Source: an uncultured Bacteroidales bacterium
GTDB taxonomy: Bacteria; Bacteroidota; Bacteroidia; Bacteroidales; Muribaculaceae
Direction of reading: 5' to 3'
NCBI GenBank assembly: GCA_947176235.1
Contig: CAMWPM010000010.1
Span: 1,523 to 65,522, forward strand
DNA: 64,000 nucleotides
Part shown: positions 57,530-64,000 of the stretch, piece after piece
How the letters are laid out: every line of letters begins with the position of its first letter
Position numbering within the stretch: the first letter of the stretch is position 1
The notes under the pieces: generated by a model
What the model was told of the DNA's origin: nothing
Databases searched by the model: none
Seen by the model: only the letters and a program-made list of their open reading frames with translations
Made by a program: the position numbers and the translations under genes

Positions 57530-60253
57530 TCAGAATGTAACTTTCATGCGGACGGCGTATGTACGACCGAAGGAGTAGAACACACGGTAAGCGTTGCTCC
57601 ATGTGCCGGGAGCGTCAGTGCCGGTATAGGCGTCGACTACATAGTTGTAGTTGAAAAGGTTGTAGACGTTGCCGTAGAGTGTGGCGTCCACGCCACCGAT
57701 CTTGAAGCGATAGCTTGCCGACATGTCGAACTGGTTACCCCAGGGAATACGCCAGGGCTTTGCCACCTTGATTTCGGAGTTGGCGGAGTAGCTCGACGAC
57801 GAAACCTGATAGTCGCTGTAGTTGCGGGCATTGAAAGTCCAGTCCGCACCGATGCGCCATCCCTTGAAGGGACGGAAGTTGACGCCGAGTGCGCCGGTGG
57901 TCTGTGCTGAGCCGCCCACCTTGACGCCCTTCTGGATGAGGGTGGTCTTGGCGTGGTCGGGGGCAAGGATGCCGGAAGCTACGTCGCCGCGGAGGTTGGC
58001 GAGAGGCTGACCGAGCTGGTTGTAGAAGTAACCGGTGGCGTTGGACGAATTCTCCCAGTCACCCCACGAGAACATACCGTCGATGTCGATCCAGCGTGCG
58101 GGGCGATAGGTGAAGTTGAGCTCAATGCCCATGTGGCGTGAGTCAACGCCGGTGAGGTTGAGGTAATAGCGGTCGCCTGCATGTTCGCCCGAGGTGATTT
58201 CGCCGGAGCGGGTGCGGGTCTGGTCCATCCAGAGGGTGTAGTAGGCGTTGACCTGAGCCGTGAACTTCGGCGAGTGGTACTCGTAGCCGGCTTCAACGGC
58301 ACCGACCTTCTCGTTGACAGCGTTGGGGTTGGTGGCATTGGAGGTGGTGGACTGAAGGAATGCGCCGCCGGAGAAGTAGGGGGCACGGGTCAGATAACCG
58401 CCGTTGAGATATACGTTGTTGTTGCGGTCGATGTTGTAGTTGACGCCACCCTTGATCGAGCCTGCCCAGAAGTTGACAGTCTTTGACTTGGCATGTTCGG
58501 CGTCGTAGTAGAAGCGGTCGACACGCCAGTAGCCGGTGTTGTTGACCGAACCAGCGAGCACCGCGGTGAGCTTGCCGTCGAGAGCGGTGTACTCGCCCTG
58601 GGCGTAGACGCCGCCCTGATAGGTGTGACCGTCATAGTCGCGGTACACTACATCGCCCACTCCGAGCTTCTGGTATTTCCAGTTGGGATCGGCAGCGGCG
58701 GCATTGTTCTCCACCTTCACGCTCTTACGCGAAGAGTCGTCCATGAAGTAGGCGCCGTCGTAGAGGTCGACGATGGTGGTGCTGTGCTCACCGATATAGT
58801 AGCGGAGGTCAATACCGCCGGTGATGTTGAGTTTCTCGGGAAGGATCTCGTTCTTATAGGTTGATACGAGACCGTACCACTGGTGATTGTTGTTGCTGCG
58901 CGCCATCACCATGTTGGAGCCGGTGGTGGAAGCGATGTTCATGTCCTGGATCGCACCGTAGTCAAATGTTCCGTCGGGACGGCGGAAGAGGGTGGAGAGC
59001 ACGCCGTTGTTGGCGCCGTACCAGGAGGAGTTGCTGAGCGATGTGCCCTTGTAGGTGCCGCGGCCCTGACCGGAGTAGCCGTAACCGTTGGCGATAGAGG
59101 CGTAGACTACGGATGAAAGTGATGACTTGTAGTCGATCTGCCAGATGTGGTTGAGTGAAATCTGGGGCTTGTGGTAGACGTTGTGGTTGGAGGTGCGCAC
59201 GCGTCCGTTGTTGTCGTAACCGTAGACGGGGTTGTAGCGGTAGGGGCTCTCCGAAGCCATATAGTTACGCACGTTCTGCCAGCCTTCCACGGTCAGACCG
59301 TTGGCTGAGTTACGCTGGTCGTGTGACTGGGGAGCACCGAATGCGGTGAACGACAGCTGATGATCCTCGTTGATGCGCTTTGCCACGTTGACGAAGTAGG
59401 TGTAGGAGGAGAAGGGAGTACCCTGCACGTAGCCTTCGCCCCACTTGTGGGAGCCGAGAAGTGTCACCGACCAACCATTCTTCATCAGACCGGTCGATAC
59501 AGAGAAACCGTACTGGTTGAGTCCGTCGTTACCCATGCCGTAGTAAGCAGTGCCGCCCTTCTTGGAGTCAAGGGAACGGGTGATGACGTTGATCGTACCG
59601 CCCACCGAGGGAACTGAGATGATTGAAGAGCCGAGACCGCGCTGTGTCTGCATCGACGAGGTCACGTCGGACAGGCCTGCCCAGTTGGACCAGTAGACGC
59701 CACCCCATTCCATGTCGTTGACAGGAACACCGTTGACCATCACGCCGAGGTTGGCGCTCTTGAAGCCGCGCATGTTGATCTTGGCGTCGCCGTAGCCGCC
59801 GCCATCCTTGGTTGCCCACACGCCGGGAGTGGTCTTGAGCACCTCGGGAAATTCCTGGTTGCCGAGCTTGACGTCAATTGTCTGGGCGTCGACGGACGAA
59901 ACAGCCACAGGAGTCTTACGGGTACGTGCGATTGACTGGGTCACCACTACGTCCTGAAGGACGTTGGCGGCAACTTCCATCTGCACGCGGCCCACTTCGG
60001 GCACGGCATCCACCGTAAGCGGTTTCATGCCGATAAACTCGATGCGGAGTTTCTTGGTTTTGTCGGGGACATTGATGGTGAAATTGCCATCGATGTCGGT
60101 GGGGACGCCACCTTTCTGACCCTCGGCGGTGACAACCGCACCGACCACGGGATCACCCAGATCATCGATCACAGTACCGCGACATGTGATGTCGGCAAGC
60201 GCATAGGCGCTAACCATCAGTAACGCGGTGCACAAGAGAAGTAGTCTCTTCAT
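57530..60253 (-). CDS. TonB-dependent outer-membrane receptor with an N-terminal carboxypeptidase-regulatory-like domain (not obviously SusC-type)
   Basis: Signal peptide MKRLLLLCTALLMVSAYA. CarbopepD_reg-like CRGTVIDDLGDPVVGAVVTAEG. Plug region (VDAQTI...EVLKTTPGVW...INMRGF...VNGVPVND). A 22-strand-type barrel ends ...YAVRMKVTF. Confidence 0.9.
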   Translation of the reverse strand: MKRLLLLCTALLMVSAYALADITCRGTVIDDLGDPVVGAVVTAEGQKGGVPTDIDGNFTINVPDKTKKLRIEFIGMKPLTVDAVPEVGRVQMEVAANVLQDVVVTQSIARTRKTPVAVSSVDAQTIDVKLGNQEFPEVLKTTPGVWATKDGGGYGDAKINMRGFKSANLGVMVNGVPVNDMEWGGVYWSNWAGLSDVTSSMQTQRGLGSSIISVPSVGGTINVITRSLDSKKGGTAYYGMGNDGLNQYGFSVSTGLMKNGWSVTLLGSHKWGEGYVQGTPFSSYTYFVNVAKRINEDHQLSFTAFGAPQSHDQRNSANGLTVEGWQNVRNYMASESPYRYNPVYGYDNNGRVRTSNHNVYHKPQISLNHIWQIDYKSSLSSVVYASIANGYGYSGQGRGTYKGTSLSNSSWYGANNGVLSTLFRRPDGTFDYGAIQDMNIASTTGSNMVMARSNNNHQWYGLVSTYKNEILPEKLNITGGIDLRYYIGEHSTTIVDLYDGAYFMDDSSRKSVKVENNAAAADPNWKYQKLGVGDVVYRDYDGHTYQGGVYAQGEYTALDGKLTAVLAGSVNNTGYWRVDRFYYDAEHAKSKTVNFWAGSIKGGVNYNIDRNNNVYLNGGYLTRAPYFSGGAFLQSTTSNATNPNAVNEKVGAVEAGYEYHSPKFTAQVNAYYTLWMDQTRTRSGEITSGEHAGDRYYLNLTGVDSRHMGIELNFTYRPARWIDIDGMFSWGDWENSSNATGYFYNQLGQPLANLRGDVASGILAPDHAKTTLIQKGVKVGGSAQTTGALGVNFRPFKGWRIGADWTFNARNYSDYQVSSSSYSANSEIKVAKPWRIPWGNQFDMSASYRFKIGGVDATLYGNVYNLFNYNYVVDAYTGTDAPGTWSNAYRVFYSFGRTYAVRMKVTF

Positions 60254-60369
60254 AATGATTGCAAGATTTTTGTTATAGATTATAATAAAAGCAATTGTAA
60301 TTTTTTCCTTCTTTCATAATGATGACCGGGCATCAGGGCAGGAGCCTGCGGCATACTCCATCACGATTG

Positions 60370-60377
60370 CAAAGTTA
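60370..60377 (-). promoter_or_regulatory. candidate -7 promoter box (TAACTTTG on the minus strand) for the TBDT-lipoprotein operon
   Basis: The reverse complement of CAAAGTTA. It lies ~117 nt upstream of TBDT start 60253, implying a ~105-nt leader. Confidence 0.45.
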
Positions 60378-60445
60378 CAATTATTTGCTGAATTTTACAA
60401 ATTTTTAACTTCGCAGCACACATAAATTCTACATCAAGAATCATT

Positions 60446-60478
60446 GGCTGTGATGCAGGATGATTCTGCGTCGCAGCC
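60446..60478 (-). terminator. imperfect hairpin downstream of the orphan lipoprotein gene
   Basis: On the minus strand, GGCTGCGACGCAG-aatcatc-CTGCATCACAGCC pairs at 11 of 13 positions. The U-tract is weak. Confidence 0.4.
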
Positions 60479-60540
60479 ACCGGATTTTCTGCCCGCCGAC
60501 GGCAGTCTTTTCTGAAGTTAACTTCGCGAACGCACGCCCC

Positions 60541-62040
60541 TCAGCGCGCAAGCTCCTCAAGAATGGCTTTCCGACGGGCTTTCACCGCCGCGTCATGCGC
60601 CGCCACCTCGTCAGCCATCGGGGCACACTGCGCACGGAGCGAGTCAGCGAGTGCCGGCTCAAGCGCGCCGCTGTCAGCTTTCTTATAGGCTTTTCTGTAA
60701 AGCCTGAGCATTTTCAAAATGACGGGATCTACCCCCGCGTCCTCCCATTTGGCGATACTGCCGGCATCGACGACCCCCCCTGCAAGATTCTCCGACCAAA
60801 GCATATCCATGTCCGAAAAGTCAATCAGCGAAGCAATCTCACGGAGATTTTCATGTGACAGCTTCATCGGTTCGACGCCAAATAGCGAATTCAGATCTTC
60901 CGTAGAATCTCCAACTGTCACTGCCCTGACATGAAGCAGTACGTAATTGGGGTCGTCAGCAAGAAAAAGAAGATCTCCGGAGATCACACCCCGCGCATAC
61001 CTCTTCTGCTGTTCATTGAGCCTGTCGTCACGCTCCACAGAGTCCATAAGTTCCCTATATTTACCGGTGATATATGCAGTGAAGGCGTCTCCGTCCATAT
61101 CGGGGTCACCCACCTCCCCCGAAAACACATTTACAGCGAAGTCGCCTATCATTTGATGAATCGCCGAATAGGTGCCGTCGGCGTAGAAAGCAGGGAATTC
61201 TTTCCCGTCAGGAGCTGCGGCTGATGGCTCTCCGTTACGGATCCGCATGTTTTTCCTGCCTGAGGAATGGGTGTCGACATACACGTTTATCGTCTCACCT
61301 GGCGCCACCATCACGCAGCCCCCGATCGACGTCAGTTTATCGAGTTGCACCCAGAAGAATTGTGCGGGTGTGGAAATGGGCAGACGTACCTCGGCAATGC
61401 CGTCACCGTTCACGCGCGCGGGAGCGTCCGAACCTACCGTCCCATGCAGAGTTGATGCCACCCACAGGAGTTTGTCGCCCATCGACGGGCGATAGCCGAG
61501 AATGTGAAGACGTATGGTGGCTGCATCGGATGAGGATATGATGCTTTCAGGAATCTTCGCGTCCGATGGCAGTAACAATCTGTCAGGCACTGCATCCAAG
61601 TTCATGTCATGTCGGGCTTTTCCGGTCAGGTCTATTCCCCAGAGCCGCCAGCTGTCGGAAGAGCCCTCGGTGAAATCTATGCTGCTTGCGTCCGACGGAA
61701 TGGGTGGAAAAATGAGCGAGAAATGAATCACGCCTGAATCTGGCATCCACACGTGCTCGCCCACTTCTAAGCCGTGAGCCGACGTGAGCGGATAAGATTT
61801 TTCCTCGGCAATTATCGCGCTTCCCGGGTCAACCCGCACCCACCATCCCGAACGGAAGCGGACCACGCAGTTGAGCACCGTCGATGTATCGGTGAGCATG
61901 ACCGACTCAACACTAAGGTTGGTGGTATTGGCAGCCCCGATCATAGGTCGGTCCACCGTGCCGCGGTTGGAGAATCCTCCACACGCCCCTGCCGTCAGCA
62001 CCAATACGGACAACGATAGTTGATATATCCACTTTTTCAT
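60541..62040 (-). CDS. hypothetical lipoprotein (499 aa) with no recognisable domain
   Basis: I place the start at MKKWIYQLSLSVLVLTAGAC (lipobox). The N-terminal half is beta-rich and the C-terminal half helical. I recognised no catalytic motifs. Confidence 0.65.
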   Translation of the reverse strand: MKKWIYQLSLSVLVLTAGACGGFSNRGTVDRPMIGAANTTNLSVESVMLTDTSTVLNCVVRFRSGWWVRVDPGSAIIAEEKSYPLTSAHGLEVGEHVWMPDSGVIHFSLIFPPIPSDASSIDFTEGSSDSWRLWGIDLTGKARHDMNLDAVPDRLLLPSDAKIPESIISSSDAATIRLHILGYRPSMGDKLLWVASTLHGTVGSDAPARVNGDGIAEVRLPISTPAQFFWVQLDKLTSIGGCVMVAPGETINVYVDTHSSGRKNMRIRNGEPSAAAPDGKEFPAFYADGTYSAIHQMIGDFAVNVFSGEVGDPDMDGDAFTAYITGKYRELMDSVERDDRLNEQQKRYARGVISGDLLFLADDPNYVLLHVRAVTVGDSTEDLNSLFGVEPMKLSHENLREIASLIDFSDMDMLWSENLAGGVVDAGSIAKWEDAGVDPVILKMLRLYRKAYKKADSGALEPALADSLRAQCAPMADEVAAHDAAVKARRKAILEELAR

Positions 62041-62158
62041 AACAGCCTGACATATTATGGCAAAAGGATCCATCCTGTATGCCGGAAAAATGCGTTGCAA
62101 TTTAGCATTTATAATCCGAAGTGGAAAATTTCATCGGCGTCAGTAACATTTTTTCACA

Positions 62159-62175
62159 CAAAAATAGTATCTTTG
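62159..62175. promoter_or_regulatory. back-to-back divergent -7 boxes: TATTTTTG (minus, 62159-62166) and TATCTTTG (plus, 62168-62175)
   Basis: Both match TAnnTTTG. The plus-strand box lies 35 nt upstream of ATG 62210. The minus-strand box lies ~119 nt upstream of start 62040. Confidence 0.4.
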
Positions 62176-62209
62176 CAAAAATCAATTGACACCTGACACG
62201 TTACCGACA

Positions 62210-63538
62210 ATGAAACTTATCAATCGTTACACTCTCAGCCTCTTAGCCTCCATCTCTTTATCAATCTCAGCATCCGCACAGCAGGAAGCCGAGATCGAGG
62301 AAGTGTATAGCGGCGGCCAACTGATTTCCACTACCACGACAGCCGACGGTGACACCATCAGCATCGACACGTCGATTTATGTCGACGACCTGATGTTCCC
62401 CTCCTACTTCTGGACAACACCTACCGTTTTCGACGAGTACCGGATCATGGAGCAGGAAGCGCCCTTCTCACGTAAATTCTCCGACAATCCCACGGTCGCA
62501 GCCTACCAGCGTCGTGCCTATGCCTACAAGGCTATGCGCCGCTTCCTCCAGAAGCAGGTGGCTGACAATCCCTGGAACGTGGAGTACGCTCTCGAATCGC
62601 TCCCCCTCCCCCCCGAACGCATCATCTCCTCTGCCGATCCCTCAGGCGTGAAGCTTGACGTGGGAAGCATCAACGTGTCAGCCAACGATGCTGAAAGCTC
62701 TGTTGGCGTCGACCTCGAGCGGAAGCACTGGATCACGGCATTCAAGGGTCTCGCTCAGTTCTCCCAGGCTTACAACTCCCCCAACTGGTATCAGGGCGGC
62801 AACAACAACCTCAACATGATCGTCAACGGAGTCTATGACTTCAAACTCAACCCGAAGTTCCACCCCAACCTCCTCTTCGAGAACACGATCCAGTACAAGC
62901 TGGCGCTCAACTCAGCCCCCGACGATTCCATACGCTCCTATGCCATCAGCGAGGATCTGTTCCAGATCAACTCCAAGTTCGGTGTGAAAGCGATCAAACA
63001 CTGGTACTACACCCTCAACCTGCAGTTCAAGACTCAGTTCTTCCAGAACTTCAAGTCCAACACCAACGACCTTAAGGCAGCATTCCTCTCCCCCGCCGAA
63101 CTCAACATCGGTCTCGGTATGACTTACAGCTATGCCTCCCCCAACAACAAGCTCAACCTCGACCTCAACATCGCCCCCCTCTCCTACAATCTCAAGACCT
63201 GCATCACTTCCAAGATGGACGAGACGGCATTCGGCATCAAGCCGGGGCGCCACTCGGTGAGCCAGTACGGTTCGAGCGTCGAAGCTAAGATGCTCTGGAA
63301 GATAGCCTACAACATCACCTACTCCTCCCGCCTCTTCGCCTTCACTGACTACAGTTACCTGCAGGGCGACTGGGAGCACACCATGTCGTTTGCCATCAAC
63401 CGCTACTTCTCCACCCAGCTCTACGTGCACCTGCGCTACGACACATCCACCGACCGTCTCCCCGACTCGTCATGGCACCGCTGGCAGGTGCGTGAGATCC
63501 TCAGCTTCGGATTCTCCTACACTCTCGGCAACATCTGA
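62210..63538 (+). CDS. outer-membrane beta-barrel protein
   Basis: I place the start at MKLINRYTLSLLASISLSISASAQ (62186 in the track is TTG). The NSPNWYQGGNNNLN motif and repeated amphipathic strands fit my recollection of the DUF3078 family; this is not verified. Confidence 0.65.
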   Translation: MKLINRYTLSLLASISLSISASAQQEAEIEEVYSGGQLISTTTTADGDTISIDTSIYVDDLMFPSYFWTTPTVFDEYRIMEQEAPFSRKFSDNPTVAAYQRRAYAYKAMRRFLQKQVADNPWNVEYALESLPLPPERIISSADPSGVKLDVGSINVSANDAESSVGVDLERKHWITAFKGLAQFSQAYNSPNWYQGGNNNLNMIVNGVYDFKLNPKFHPNLLFENTIQYKLALNSAPDDSIRSYAISEDLFQINSKFGVKAIKHWYYTLNLQFKTQFFQNFKSNTNDLKAAFLSPAELNIGLGMTYSYASPNNKLNLDLNIAPLSYNLKTCITSKMDETAFGIKPGRHSVSQYGSSVEAKMLWKIAYNITYSSRLFAFTDYSYLQGDWEHTMSFAINRYFSTQLYVHLRYDTSTDRLPDSSWHRWQVREILSFGFSYTLGNI

Positions 63539-63585
63539 CCGTAGTCCACTTCACCGCTTTCTCAGTCCACCAGTCACTCCGCACG

Positions 63586-64000
63586 ATGAACAGACCCCGC
63601 CGCTCCCGCCTGCGTCAGTCGGCACTGCTGCTCATTCTTGCCGTCACATTTCTGCCGGTTCGCGCTTCGGTAGCCGGCGACGATGGTCGAGACTCTACGC
63701 CCGACAGCCCTTATTCACGCAAGGAAGTGGAAAGGCGCATGGATTCACGCCCTCTCCATCCCATCGAAGGAATATGGCAATGGGCTGGACAAGGGGCATT
63801 TATAGCCATCGAAGCCGAAAATCCCCTCCCCTCCTCCGTCTCTTCATCCCCCGCTTCAGCCCGCTACCGCCTGACGCTTATCGAATCACCCGACCGCACC
63901 GCCCGACCCGGCACAGTCATAGGCTACGCATACCCCACCGCACGCGCCGGCTACTACACTGCCCGGCTATCCCCCGCTTCAGGACTCGAAAAGAAATTCA
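63586..64000 (+). CDS. hypothetical secreted protein, N-terminal part (3' end lies outside the window)
   Basis: ATG at 63586 opens a frame with no stop to the window end: MNRPRRSRLRQSALLLILAVTFLPVRASVAGDDG... (signal-like). It is absent from the ORF track because it is open-ended. Confidence 0.5.
   Translation, partial: MNRPRRSRLRQSALLLILAVTFLPVRASVAGDDGRDSTPDSPYSRKEVERRMDSRPLHPIEGIWQWAGQGAFIAIEAENPLPSSVSSSPASARYRLTLIESPDRTARPGTVIGYAYPTARAGYYTARLSPASGLEKKF

Noticed and set aside
60254-60369. A possible cobalamin, TPP or other riboswitch in the TBDT leader.
   Set aside because: No B12-box (GCCACTG-like) or TPP (CTGAGA...ACCTGA) core is visible. Only a short GC-rich hairpin-prone segment is present. 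It is left as an unassigned leader within the TBDT finding.

Overview
The window reads as a mostly co-linear chromosomal segment from a GC-rich member of the Bacteroidota, probably Bacteroidales-like. Evidence for this placement: TAnnTTTG '-7' promoter boxes recur 15-120 nt upstream of start codons, Shine-Dalgarno sites are absent, and the gene content is typical of the phylum (TonB-dependent receptor plus surface lipoprotein, tandem OmpH/Skp, a T9SS-like C-terminal domain, and DUF families I recall as DUF6377, DUF6089 and DUF3078).

I support about 50 protein genes and one initiator tRNA. In order:
- thrS'-infC-rpmI-rplT
- degenerate LytM protein, dxr, rseP, RlmI-like methyltransferase
- M49 dipeptidyl-peptidase III
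- OmpR-type response regulator and histidine kinase
- prmC-recX-comF
- porin, divergent from glsA-MFS-ansA
- minus-strand operon: COG0523 His-rich GTPase, GT2, MFS
- tRNA-fMet
- membrane-anchored TPR/HTH regulator
- ruvX-def-ettA
- compact Wzy-type exopolysaccharide locus (wzy-like, GT4, GT2, wzc, wza)
- LTD-CotH protein with a T9SS-like tail
- 1833-aa thioester-less alpha-2-macroglobulin, directly downstream of an ECF sigma / membrane protein / LTxxQ (Spy-like) trio
- bcp-murI, then ribD
- envelope-biogenesis block: BNR lipoprotein, beta-barrel, uppS, bamA, small TM protein, ompH, ompH
- TonB-dependent transporter with an 887-aa lipoprotein built from duplicated OB-fold-like modules
- orphan lipoprotein, DUF3078-like barrel, and a partial secreted protein at the window edge

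I saw no rRNA, CRISPR array, transposase, integrase, prophage or recognisable defence system. The many long antisense ORFs in the track are shadow frames of GC3-rich genes.

The best candidates for something undescribed are:
1. The non-SusC/D TonB-dependent transporter with its OB-repeat lipoprotein.
2. The ECF/Spy-like trio, alpha-2-macroglobulin and CotH neighbourhood.
3. The COG0523-GT2-MFS operon with a palindrome over its promoter.
4. Two related heptanucleotide arrays bracketing ansA.

All functional calls rest on motif recognition by eye. No database search was run.
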